Positions 37,453 through 46,395 of a stretch of DNA of 64,000 nucleotides are shown piece by piece. The notes beneath the pieces are model-generated. The model did not search any database, had not been told where the DNA came from, and was given only the letters and a program-made list of their open reading frames with translations. Origin of the DNA: a virus. Each line of letters opens with the position of its first letter. Within the stretch, counting starts at the first letter, position 1. The stretch is taken from IMG/VR virus record IMGVR_UViG_3300025151_008277, positions 1-64,000 of that record; one strand, 5' to 3'. A program made the translations under genes and the position numbers.

Positions 37453-37823
37453 AAAATGTTAGTTTTTGTAATAGTTTTAAACTCGATGTTAAGTATATTA
37501 TCAGTCCCACAGTGAGTGCAAGTAAATTCATTACTACCTGATAAATCTACCCGTACACTATTTGTTTTTTTACAAGAACTACATTCTAATATAACATTAT
37601 TAGTATTGATGAGCTGAATTGTTTCGAGGTTTTCTCTCTCTAGTTTTAACCTTGTAAAATATGAGATAAGACTATTATAGAAATAAAAGAAAACAAGCTG
37701 TAAAACCGTAGCGAATAAAAATATCTCAATGAATGACTTTGAGGTATACTCCCAACCAATATAAGCTGCTAATCCGCTAACCGAGCATAGTAAAATTATA
37801 CTTTTAAGAATCTGAAGAATCAT
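37449..37823 (-). CDS. membrane protein with two TM helices and C-terminal zinc ribbon
   Basis: Two hydrophobic segments, CSSC...CTHC. Confidence 0.75.
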   Translation of the reverse strand: MILQILKSIILLCSVSGLAAYIGWEYTSKSFIEIFLFATVLQLVFFYFYNSLISYFTRLKLERENLETIQLINTNNVILECSSCKKTNSVRVDLSGSNEFTCTHCGTDNILNIEFKTITKTNIL

Positions 37824-38169
37824 TTTTATCTAAATCTTTCGATATAGATTGTATAGTCTCCATAACTTTTTGCAACTTCTTTTTTACTAAAGTTTTAGTT
37901 TCATCGCTATAATTTAATGTAGGATTATCAAACAATTGACCGATAAGATAAGATGCATCACTAGTTTTAGTATATACAGCTCCTAACGCTTCTACAACAG
38001 CATCACCAGGGTAAGGTACCATATTAGATGTTTGTTTATTATACTGATCTGGACTATTTTTAACAATATCAGCTAATGTTTTAGTTACTGGTCTTGCTGA
38101 CCGAGCAGCTACGTCCTTATAATATTTGTTGGTATATGTATATAAGTCCTCGAAAAGTATGTCATTCAT
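37804..38169 (-). CDS. hypothetical late protein
   Basis: 121 aa; divergent TAAATA boxes at about 38170-38182. Confidence 0.75.
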   Translation of the reverse strand: MNDILFEDLYTYTNKYYKDVAARSARPVTKTLADIVKNSPDQYNKQTSNMVPYPGDAVVEALGAVYTKTSDASYLIGQLFDNPTLNYSDETKTLVKKKLQKVMETIQSISKDLDKNDSSDS

Positions 38170-38182
38170 AATAAATATTTAT

Positions 38183-38578
38183 ATGAGTAAGTTCGAAAAA
38201 CAGTTTTTTTCTTTATTAAAAGAGCAAGAAGATGTCGATGCTTTAGCGGCTACACCAGAAGATGATGCTGATTCTTTTGACGGTTCCTTAGATGAACCAG
38301 GTACTAGCGGAGATTTTGAAGAGGTACAAGAGCCTAATGTTGACTATCAACAAGACCTCGAAACCTTAAAAGGTTGGATTAATACTATAGAATCGTTTAA
38401 AGATTATCTCAACGGAGAAGCTGGTAGTATTTTAGGCAAACTTAAAGCAGAAGCTAAAGTAGGTACATTATTTGATGACGTAAGTGATGCTACGAAGGCT
38501 AATGTACTTGATATCGCCGAGCGATTAGCATCTTTAAACGAGCAATTCAAGAATTTATATACCGAAAAGCATAAATAA
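38183..38578 (+). CDS. acidic hypothetical late protein
   Basis: ATAAATA box then ATG 38183; MSKFEKQFFSLLKE. Confidence 0.8.
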   Translation: MSKFEKQFFSLLKEQEDVDALAATPEDDADSFDGSLDEPGTSGDFEEVQEPNVDYQQDLETLKGWINTIESFKDYLNGEAGSILGKLKAEAKVGTLFDDVSDATKANVLDIAERLASLNEQFKNLYTEKHK

Positions 38579-38585
38579 TCTTATT

Positions 38586-38837
38586 ATGGGACTATTTGAT
38601 CAAATGACATGTGGTTGTTCAAACGAAAATACATCTTGTACAACCGATAACAAACCAGCAGAAGCTCCTAAAGCTCCAGAGCCAGCTCCAGCTCAATCTT
38701 GTAGTTGTAACGTGGGTGTTGGAAGTTCATCTTCCAATACATGTTGTAGTGTAGGTGTTGGAAGTAGCTCTCCTTCAGGAAGCTCTTGCGTAAATAAAAA
38801 AGCTGCAGCTAAACGCCGCAGAGTTTTAGGTAGATAA
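38586..38837 (+). CDS. Cys/Ser-rich small protein with VGVGSS repeats
   Basis: CSCNVGVGSSS and CCSVGVGSSS; ATAAATA box upstream. Confidence 0.7.
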   Translation: MGLFDQMTCGCSNENTSCTTDNKPAEAPKAPEPAPAQSCSCNVGVGSSSSNTCCSVGVGSSSPSGSSCVNKKAAAKRRRVLGR

Positions 38838-39848
38838 ATTTAATTTTACAATACCTTCTACTCCTTCAAACGTATTACTCAGAATAAAAGGCGAGGTGAT
38901 TTCATCTCGCCTTCCTTTTGTACATATGTCATTAAAGTCTTTAAACATTTTAAGCTCTTTAGGCCATATAAAACATTTGTGACCTTCTTTTAATAGAATT
39001 TTAGTTTTTAATTTTGCGGATTCATCTACAAACTGATTATCTAAAACCCATACTTTATCGTAAAACGGATACTTATTGATTTGAGTTTCTTGACTAGGGG
39101 TAAAAGTATTCTTAGATGTACTTTGAATTCCTCCTACAGCTACGCCATTTTGAACAAAAAAGGAATCTATAGGTCCTTCAAATATAAAAATATTATTAGT
39201 TACAGAAGATATATTATCGAAATTGAATATTGTTTTTTCTGTACTGACCTTAGAGAGATACTTAGGTTTTTTATCACTAGATAAAAGTTTCCTGCTTTGA
39301 TAGAAAACTATATTTTTATCCTCATAAAAAGGTATAATTATTCTATTCTTATGAATATAATCTTCTTTACAATACCATAAGGTCTTAGGCTTGTTTATCG
39401 CTGTATCTAAACGACGCTCTCTTATGTATTCTAATGCCTTTACTACATTTGTATCTTTAGAATAGAAAGCTGTCTGAGCTTTATCATAAAGGTTTATGCA
39501 GTCCCCGGGTAAAGAAGCTAAATTCTTTTCTTTTTCTATTTCTACATCTTGCGGGATAAATTCATGTTCGATATTTTTAGCTTCTTGTAAGATATCAAAC
39601 TGACTAACTCCTTCAACCTCGGAAACCCATCGAAGAGGTGAACCTGACCAGCCACAGTTATGGCAGAATATACTCGACTCTTTTACAATATAATAAAGTC
39701 GGCGCTTTCTACCCCAAGATTTACCTTCTCGACATAAAGGACAACCACCTTCGTAAACGTTAGTGGTTTTTTTATATCGCGGATAGCCCGCATGCTCATA
39801 GAATTTTTCTATGATGAAGCTTTCAGGTATTACTTTATCCAGCATCAA
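38826..39848 (-). CDS. gp61: DNA primase (gp61-like)
   Basis: CPLC..CHNC zinc finger, RIIIPF, FEGPIDS, VLDN, KDFND. Confidence 0.93.
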   Translation of the reverse strand: MMLDKVIPESFIIEKFYEHAGYPRYKKTTNVYEGGCPLCREGKSWGRKRRLYYIVKESSIFCHNCGWSGSPLRWVSEVEGVSQFDILQEAKNIEHEFIPQDVEIEKEKNLASLPGDCINLYDKAQTAFYSKDTNVVKALEYIRERRLDTAINKPKTLWYCKEDYIHKNRIIIPFYEDKNIVFYQSRKLLSSDKKPKYLSKVSTEKTIFNFDNISSVTNNIFIFEGPIDSFFVQNGVAVGGIQSTSKNTFTPSQETQINKYPFYDKVWVLDNQFVDESAKLKTKILLKEGHKCFIWPKELKMFKDFNDICTKGRRDEITSPFILSNTFEGVEGIVKLNLST

Positions 39849-40011
39849 CTTTTCTGGTTTCTACTACAACTTTAGTAATAAATCTACCAGTGTCTGGGCA
39901 TACGTAATGAGCTTCCGTACGGATTTCATTACCAATTCTTACTTCTCTTATTTGAGGTCTTACTGTAGCCCCTGTATGAGGTGATTGAATATTTCTAGGT
40001 TGATTTAACAT
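39835..40011 (-). CDS. 58-aa hypothetical protein (not in ORF track)
   Basis: MLNQPRNIQSPHTGATVRPQIREVRIGNEIRTEAHYVCPDTGRFITKVVVETRKVDAG* fills the rnh-primase gap, overlapping both. Confidence 0.7.
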   Translation of the reverse strand: MLNQPRNIQSPHTGATVRPQIREVRIGNEIRTEAHYVCPDTGRFITKVVVETRKVDAG

Positions 40012-40942
40012 TATTTGTTATCCTTTCTTTAATTATATTTATACTTTTATGTAATCCACTATCTTGGCTAGTTTGGAATGAATTTTGCCAGTCATGCGCG
40101 TTTCTTACAATTGAATGGAAATTTAAACTTTTGCAGTGCTCTATAAATACTTCCATAAATATATTTCTCTTCCAGTTTTGCATATATTGAGCTCTATAAG
40201 TTACAGTTTCTTCAGGGTAATAGTTATAACCGATATTAAGATCCATTAACTGCTGATTACGTTCAACAATTAATTTTTGATCCTTATTGAGATTGAGCTC
40301 TTCAATATTTTTTAAGTTCCAAGCTTGAGTTAGTTTTTGATAAGTCTTAAGACCGAAGCGTTTTATACCATCTATATTATCAGATTTATCCCCAGTAAAG
40401 CACCTATACCAAAAATAGTCTTTAGGGTTTCTAAGTCCTGTTATCTCTTGAAAATTATCTTCTTCAATTATCTTTTTAGATATGGGATTAAAAATCTTTA
40501 CATTAGAGTTTACTAACTGTAACATATCTTTATCGGTAGATATGATTATTTTTTCTCCTTCAATCGTATTTGCTAACCAAGAAATAGCATCATCAGCTTC
40601 CATGCGCCAAGGATAAAAATTATGAACCCCTAGGTGTTTCAGTATATCAATTATTTGATCGAGAGAGTCGAATACGTTTTTAAATTTTTCTTTATTACGA
40701 CCTCCTTTATATTCAGTCTCGCATACTTCTGAACGGAAGTTTTTTTGAGGATAGGCTAAGCGTTTATCCCAAACACAGTAAATATTTTGCCATGGAGCAA
40801 ATTTATCTGCATATGATTTTACTGCTTTGAGAAAAATATAAATACCGCGGTTAGGGTCTTCACCGTCAGTCTTATAATTTGCAGCCCAGAAGGTACGATA
40901 AAGTAAATTATTACCGTCTATTAGAATTGTTTTATCATCCAT
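39995..40942 (-). CDS. rnh: 5'-3' exonuclease / T4 RNase H-like flap nuclease
   Basis: LIDGNNLLYR, YKGGR, EADD, STDKDMLQ, GDKSDNIDG. Confidence 0.93.
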   Translation of the reverse strand: MDDKTILIDGNNLLYRTFWAANYKTDGEDPNRGIYIFLKAVKSYADKFAPWQNIYCVWDKRLAYPQKNFRSEVCETEYKGGRNKEKFKNVFDSLDQIIDILKHLGVHNFYPWRMEADDAISWLANTIEGEKIIISTDKDMLQLVNSNVKIFNPISKKIIEEDNFQEITGLRNPKDYFWYRCFTGDKSDNIDGIKRFGLKTYQKLTQAWNLKNIEELNLNKDQKLIVERNQQLMDLNIGYNYYPEETVTYRAQYMQNWKRNIFMEVFIEHCKSLNFHSIVRNAHDWQNSFQTSQDSGLHKSINIIKERITNNVKST

Positions 40943-41972
40943 TGTTCCACCAATCTTGGTTTTTTACATACCACATTATAGTATCATCCAAATCTCTTTC
41001 AAATGTTTTTTGCAGATGTGGTAGTTCGTATTGGTGGGGTCTAGATCGATCAGCTAGATGTCTTAGTTTTTTACCATCTAAGCGATATCTCAAATCATGG
41101 CCTTTTCGATCCGTAACATATTCAATATACTCATCATAGCTATCCGGGTTATATAAGCTTCCGATGATTTTATGAACTAAATTAATATTATTAATTTCGT
41201 TGGGAAGGATTTTATGCTGTAAGTCTCTATAGGATGGAGCTATGTTATATATTTCTCCTGCTTTTCCATAAAGCATAGCATCATAAACTTGTTTACAGTG
41301 ATCCTTTACATATATCCATTGACGCATATTAGTACCAGAACCGTAAACAGGAATTTTTTCATTTTTAAGTAACTTATTTACTGCTACAGGTATTAGTTTT
41401 TCTGGATATTGTCTAGGTCCGAAGTTATTACAGCATCTAGTTACTATAACATCTGTTTTATGCGTCTTATGAAAAGAAAGAGCAATTAGATCGGCTGATG
41501 CTTTAGTAGAAGAATAAACTGAAGAAGGTTCTAAATTATCTTTTTCTTTACTTGGTTGAGCATTAAAGCTTAAACTACCGTAAACTTCATCAGTACCAAT
41601 TTGTATAAATCGAGTTCCTTCATTTACCTGTTTTAAGAGACTGTACATCCCGTTGACGTTAGTCTTAAGAAATTCATCTCCTGAAGAAATACTCCTGTCA
41701 ACATGAGATTGAGCTGCGAAATTTACAACGTAGTCATATTTTTTTTCAAATATAAAATCATTAATATCTGCTTCAAATACTTCTAAGCTATTGGAAGTAT
41801 CTCTCTCTTTATCTAATAAAAAATCTTCAGTCTTATCTGATACACAATAGTCTAAAATATCTACAACATGAATATCACACTCGTTGCATCTTTTTAATAG
41901 TAGTTCTACAAAGTGACTACCAATAAAACCTAAACCACCAGTAACCAATATACTTTTATTTTTCATTATCAA
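40935..41972 (-). CDS. rmlB: dTDP-glucose 4,6-dehydratase
   Basis: VTGGLGFIGSH, AAQSHVDRSI, TDEVYG, YSSTKA, NNFGPRQYPEKLIP, DRKGHDLRY. Confidence 0.95.
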   Translation of the reverse strand: MIMKNKSILVTGGLGFIGSHFVELLLKRCNECDIHVVDILDYCVSDKTEDFLLDKERDTSNSLEVFEADINDFIFEKKYDYVVNFAAQSHVDRSISSGDEFLKTNVNGMYSLLKQVNEGTRFIQIGTDEVYGSLSFNAQPSKEKDNLEPSSVYSSTKASADLIALSFHKTHKTDVIVTRCCNNFGPRQYPEKLIPVAVNKLLKNEKIPVYGSGTNMRQWIYVKDHCKQVYDAMLYGKAGEIYNIAPSYRDLQHKILPNEINNINLVHKIIGSLYNPDSYDEYIEYVTDRKGHDLRYRLDGKKLRHLADRSRPHQYELPHLQKTFERDLDDTIMWYVKNQDWWNNG

Positions 41973-42837
41973 GAGCTTTTATAATAGATTCTTTCTCAGT
42001 TGGTAAGCTAATACCTGTTATTTCTGTTGTATATTCGTTATCTAATACACAATTTGATCTACCACATTTAGTTGATTCATATAACTTCTCTAAATCAATC
42101 CATTGCCAATTAGGATTCCAAAATTCATAACCATCAAGAATTTCTACAACTTCTTTAGTTGTTAATGGCTCCGGATTTACAACATTATAATTACCGCTAG
42201 GTAAAATATTTGTTTTGTTACGTACGATAAAATTATAAGTAAAGGATAATAAGTCGTTAATTACTGTTTTGGAGTTCTTATAATCTATAAGATTATTGTA
42301 TTTGAGAATCTTTGTAAGATAGTTTTTCTTTTCGTTTAAATTACCAGTGACAGGCATTCGTATACGAAAGTTAAATACATTTTCATAGTTAGCAAAACTC
42401 ATTTCGCAAGCGTGCTTTGATTTACTATACCAACTACTTTCAGGGGTCCATAAACCGAAGTTTGGTTTACATTTCTCGGTAAATGCTTTTTGATAACCTG
42501 TATAAATACAACCTGAGCTAATATTAATAAGATTAGATCCGTATCTATTACAAATATTTGCTAACATGGATGGAAAGGTTACATTTAGATACCATGTATC
42601 TTGTTTATTGTCCTCGCACCCGTCAACATTAGGACTACCGGTATATCCTACACAATTAATTACCCAATCAATTTTACTATTAACTATCTTATTCTCTATA
42701 GAATTTTGGATTTGCTTTGGATCAAAGTAGTTAAGACTGAATACATGATGAACATTAACGTCTTGTACTTCAGATAAATATTTTTTTAATTTACTTCCTA
42801 CAAATCCATTACCAATAATAAGTACATTACTCTTCAT
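41956..42837 (-). CDS. NDP-4-keto-6-deoxyglucose 3,5-epimerase/4-reductase (RmlD/NRS-ER-like)
   Basis: GNGFVG, NCVGYTGSPNVDGCE, SSGCIY, PNF..SWYSKSK, RIRMP, RSNCVLD. Confidence 0.8.
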   Translation of the reverse strand: MKSNVLIIGNGFVGSKLKKYLSEVQDVNVHHVFSLNYFDPKQIQNSIENKIVNSKIDWVINCVGYTGSPNVDGCEDNKQDTWYLNVTFPSMLANICNRYGSNLINISSGCIYTGYQKAFTEKCKPNFGLWTPESSWYSKSKHACEMSFANYENVFNFRIRMPVTGNLNEKKNYLTKILKYNNLIDYKNSKTVINDLLSFTYNFIVRNKTNILPSGNYNVVNPEPLTTKEVVEILDGYEFWNPNWQWIDLEKLYESTKCGRSNCVLDNEYTTEITGISLPTEKESIIKALDNEK

Positions 42838-43093
42838 TATTTTCGCTATCTTCTAATTTACTTAAATTTAATTTCATGTTTGTAAACCTATTAATTAGAC
42901 ATTCTAAAGAATCAAAATCTTGTTCTGTTTTTCCGTTAACCATAAGAACACTTCCTTCATCATTATCATACCCTACCAAAAAATAAGCTTTGAGGTATTC
43001 TCCTAGATAGTTTTGCAACATGTTTAAGTTGACATCATTGCTTTTATTCTCCATTGCATTTAGGAGATCGTTTAGTTCACTTTTTTTGACCAT
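42827..43093 (-). CDS. hypothetical protein
   Basis: 88-aa ORF in operon. Confidence 0.7.
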   Translation of the reverse strand: MVKKSELNDLLNAMENKSNDVNLNMLQNYLGEYLKAYFLVGYDNDEGSVLMVNGKTEQDFDSLECLINRFTNMKLNLSKLEDSENNEE

Positions 43094-43394
43094 GCTCAGT
43101 AGGTAATATTTTTCTTTCTATTAGATGGGTAATTATAACTTCCATGCTATCGGTTTTCAATTGAAAGTTTTTAGGAAAAAGGTTACCACCGTCATTAAAT
43201 TCAAACATTAAATCATTATTAAAATCTTTATTGAAAAAGCATGTTATTAATACCGATTGTACACCTGGATTGACGATAATAGTCCACCTTCTAGGGTCGG
43301 TCTGCCCGTAATCATTGAATAATCTAAAAGAATAAAAACCGTTATCTCTTATCCTTTTCAAAAAATAACCGCATGTAGTTACTTTGTTTTTCAT
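43077..43394 (-). CDS. hypothetical protein
   Basis: 105-aa ORF in operon. Confidence 0.75.
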   Translation of the reverse strand: MKNKVTTCGYFLKRIRDNGFYSFRLFNDYGQTDPRRWTIIVNPGVQSVLITCFFNKDFNNDLMFEFNDGGNLFPKNFQLKTDSMEVIITHLIERKILPTEHGQKK

Positions 43395-44167
43395 TAACCC
43401 TTGTGACTTGAAACAACGTAGTTAAGAGTAGCGCTTTCTACTTCACACTTAATATTAACTACTTTAAATTTACTATTAATATATACTTGCGCGGTTTCGA
43501 AATTCAAGGAATTAATCATTCTAAATAATTCAAGATTAAGAATAATAGTATCTTGTTCTACGGGATCTCCTTCAAAACTTTCACTAATAACAGAAGTAAA
43601 TACATCTGTATTTTGAAGCTTTTTATCACATAGATCCCCGTAAACAAAATTATGAGGTACGTTACTCTCTAAGTTACGAGGCTTAGGCGCAGTATAAAGA
43701 TATAGCTTACTAGACTCTGTAAGTAAAGGTAAAGTCTTTAAAACTCTGCGAAGATCATCTTTAGTAATCTCGAATTTAGTATTGTACGAATCTTCAAGTT
43801 GCTTTAGATGATCAAATATATGAGAATTATCTTTCTTAATTGAACGATCAAAAAGAAAATATTTAAACTTGAAACTTTTATTACGATACTTAATATAATT
43901 ATCTTCTATAAGAAGACCGATCTGATCACCATCAGAGCATTGTAGAGCTTTAATTAATTTATTTGCGTCAGGTAGAACAAAATTATCAATATCTCTATCT
44001 TCAATTTTGCAATCATATCTTGCAAATAAAAATACATCTGAGCCTCTGTCTACAAAACATGAAAGCTGGTTATCTTCAACTTTAATATCTGGAGTATTAT
44101 CAATTTTTGATAAAGGAGATAAAAACGTACGAATAAAGTTACTCTTGTTCGGTATTTGTATTTTCAT
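43394..44167 (-). CDS. gp45: putative sliding clamp (gp45-like)
   Basis: 257 aa alpha/beta pattern, FKFKYFL and terminal LNYVVS; replication context. Confidence 0.65.
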   Translation of the reverse strand: MKIQIPNKSNFIRTFLSPLSKIDNTPDIKVEDNQLSCFVDRGSDVFLFARYDCKIEDRDIDNFVLPDANKLIKALQCSDGDQIGLLIEDNYIKYRNKSFKFKYFLFDRSIKKDNSHIFDHLKQLEDSYNTKFEITKDDLRRVLKTLPLLTESSKLYLYTAPKPRNLESNVPHNFVYGDLCDKKLQNTDVFTSVISESFEGDPVEQDTIILNLELFRMINSLNFETAQVYINSKFKVVNIKCEVESATLNYVVSSHKG

Positions 44168-44531
44168 TCAACTTTATTCTTATGTTAATCTCTTTTGCGT
44201 TTTTTACAACTCTTCTCTCAATTAGATTAAAAAATCTATCAATCTTTTTTTCAACACTAGTTAGTCGCTCAATAAAATCTTTAGCTGTATTCTCATCAAT
44301 ATTATTTTGAGGTACATTAGGTGGAGGTATATTAGGTACTTGCGGTTGAGCAACAGCCTGAGGGTTCAATGGTTGTTGCGGTACAGGGACTTTTGACGCG
44401 GGGTTGCCTGAATAAATTTGTTTATTCAAAGGAACTTTTTTCATACCTGCGGTCTCATTTATTATATTTTTATTAAGTAAATGAGTCTGCTTATTAATAT
44501 CATGTATAAATTGAGCTGCTGGGTCTTGCAT
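44139..44531 (-). CDS. hypothetical protein with Pro/Gln-rich linker
   Basis: Likely start MQDPAAQF at 44531; upstream extension overlaps gp32. Confidence 0.7.
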   Translation of the reverse strand: MQDPAAQFIHDINKQTHLLNKNIINETAGMKKVPLNKQIYSGNPASKVPVPQQPLNPQAVAQPQVPNIPPPNVPQNNIDENTAKDFIERLTSVEKKIDRFFNLIERRVVKNAKEINIRIKLNENTNTEQE

Positions 44532-44586
44532 TTTTTTATTAAAGTTGAAGGCGCGACCTAAGCCGCGCCTTATTTGATTGTATGTG

Positions 44587-45477
44587 TTAGAGATCCATTG
44601 AGGCAAGAATCTCTTTGACTTTAGTTTCGTCATCTTCGCTCTCCGCTTTAGTAGTGCTAGATGATGGACCGTAGTCAATATCATCATCATCTTCTACTTT
44701 AGAAGCAGTAGGTGCGCTTGCAGTAGCGACTGACTCTGGTACAGCAGGTACAGCTGGTTCATCAGGATCAGAGCAGTAAAAATGCTCATTAAGCATTTCC
44801 TTAAGCTCATCGTAGCTCTTTACAGAGAATACAGATTCAAGATCATAATTCGATTTATATACCTCGTTAATAGCTTCGTCGTTAACTAATCCAGGAACAG
44901 CTTTCGGAGATTCAAACCGAGAACTAACGTAAGTCGGAAAACCTCCTTGCTCTTCGATCTTAATCTTCAAACTACATCCTTCGCTAGAAAGATCAAACAC
45001 TCGATGACCGAATTCTTCAGCATCTTCTCCTTCAATTGCACTCATAATGATCTTATGAAGTTGCTTGCCAAAGCGTAGAATTTTCACCTTACCATTATTT
45101 TCACCATTAGTAGGATCGCTTACTACATACACATTAATGAGCCAGTTTTCACGTCGAGTGAGCATCTTAGAATCTTCTTTTTCTTGTTCAGATCCATGCT
45201 TTGCAAGACGGAACTTAGCTTCATCGATTGGGTCTCTTTCACCCCAAGTACTAGGACTGATAGCACTTACATACTGACCAGTTGCGAGACTATTCCAACC
45301 ATGTGAATAGTAATGAAACAAGGTCTTATTCGGTGCTTTCACGTTAGGTAGCAAACGTACAGAGTACGTATTACCTGGCTTCAATCGAAGAATGTTACCA
45401 ATATTCGATTGCTGACTGTTGTTGCTTTTCATTGCTTCGCTAATTTTAGCGAACATCTCTTGATTATATGCTGCCAT
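44587..45477 (-). CDS. gp32: single-stranded DNA-binding protein (gp32-like)
   Basis: VRLLP, NVYVVSDPTNGENNGKVKILRFGKQL, FPTYVSSRF, KSYDELK, acidic tail. Confidence 0.92.
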   Translation of the reverse strand: MAAYNQEMFAKISEAMKSNNSQQSNIGNILRLKPGNTYSVRLLPNVKAPNKTLFHYYSHGWNSLATGQYVSAISPSTWGERDPIDEAKFRLAKHGSEQEKEDSKMLTRRENWLINVYVVSDPTNGENNGKVKILRFGKQLHKIIMSAIEGEDAEEFGHRVFDLSSEGCSLKIKIEEQGGFPTYVSSRFESPKAVPGLVNDEAINEVYKSNYDLESVFSVKSYDELKEMLNEHFYCSDPDEPAVPAVPESVATASAPTASKVEDDDDIDYGPSSSTTKAESEDDETKVKEILASMDL

Positions 45478-46120
45478 ATCTTTTTAGTATTTCGTTTAGT
45501 TTAGTTATTATTTTTTCGTTTAGTTTTTTCAGTTTAACTGATCTATAATATCTCGCTCTTAACGAGTCGACAGTATTATAGAATCCAGTCACGATAAAAT
45601 CAACATCTTCTTTCGGGAAAGTTTTGAGAATTTTATCATAATTATTTATCGCTAAAATATTATAATAATTAATATCACGCTCACTTAAAGCGATGAGAAA
45701 ATCTGGATAATATGTTTTAAGGGTGAAGTATTCTTCTACGGTTTTCAGTTTATTTTCTTTACATTTTTCAAAGATAAAAAGGAAACCATCCTTCACCATA
45801 TTAATAACAATTTCATTATCAGGTTCTTCAATAAATAGTTTTTCTATCCATAAATTATAAGCTTTGATTGCTTTAAATTTGGAAAAATAATCTAACGGAT
45901 AATATTTTTTGTCCTGCCATAGCTCATAAGGAGCTCGGAAATAATCATCCGGTTTTATATTTTTTGTGTTGAGTATTGAGTTAATCTTTTTAATTAACTC
46001 CTCCTCTACTAATGGAAGCTTTTCAAAATTCTCTCTTGGTCTCCAAGGTTTATTTTGATACGATCTAGAAGTTTTTAGATGCGCGTTGTAGATATATTTT
46101 TCAGTATATGAAAGACTCAT
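45464..46120 (-). CDS. hypothetical protein, possible helicase loader (gp59 position and size)
   Basis: 218 aa immediately upstream of gp32; synteny only. Confidence 0.5.
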   Translation of the reverse strand: MSLSYTEKYIYNAHLKTSRSYQNKPWRPRENFEKLPLVEEELIKKINSILNTKNIKPDDYFRAPYELWQDKKYYPLDYFSKFKAIKAYNLWIEKLFIEEPDNEIVINMVKDGFLFIFEKCKENKLKTVEEYFTLKTYYPDFLIALSERDINYYNILAINNYDKILKTFPKEDVDFIVTGFYNTVDSLRARYYRSVKLKKLNEKIITKLNEILKRYGSI

Positions 46121-46395
46121 TTTCTATATTTGTCGTAAGTTTTGAAAAACTTTGTTATATACTTACTTTTATATAAAAACGGGTCATATTGCAAGAACAT
46201 TTTTACCAGCTCAAATTCATTTTCTATTTCTAAAATATTTAAAAATAACCATTTGTATTGTTTCTCCTTAAGAGATAACAATAAAATGTTAGCTAGATTC
46301 ATTTTTTTGTTTTCGCAAATAGAAACGTAGGTACATAAACATAAAAATTTATGATCATTATCTTTTTTTTCTAAAATTGAAAACGGGTCGTTCAT
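46117..46395 (-). CDS. hypothetical protein
   Basis: 92-aa ORF in operon. Confidence 0.65.
   Translation of the reverse strand: MNDPFSILEKKDNDHKFLCLCTYVSICENKKMNLANILLLSLKEKQYKWLFLNILEIENEFELVKMFLQYDPFLYKSKYITKFFKTYDKYRK

Noticed and set aside
44532-44690. N-terminal extension of the 183-aa ORF
   Set aside because: Overlaps the gp32 acidic tail in another frame; ATG at 44531 is more plausible
46117-46395. gp33 late co-activator by synteny
   Set aside because: Sequence resemblance too weak; left as hypothetical
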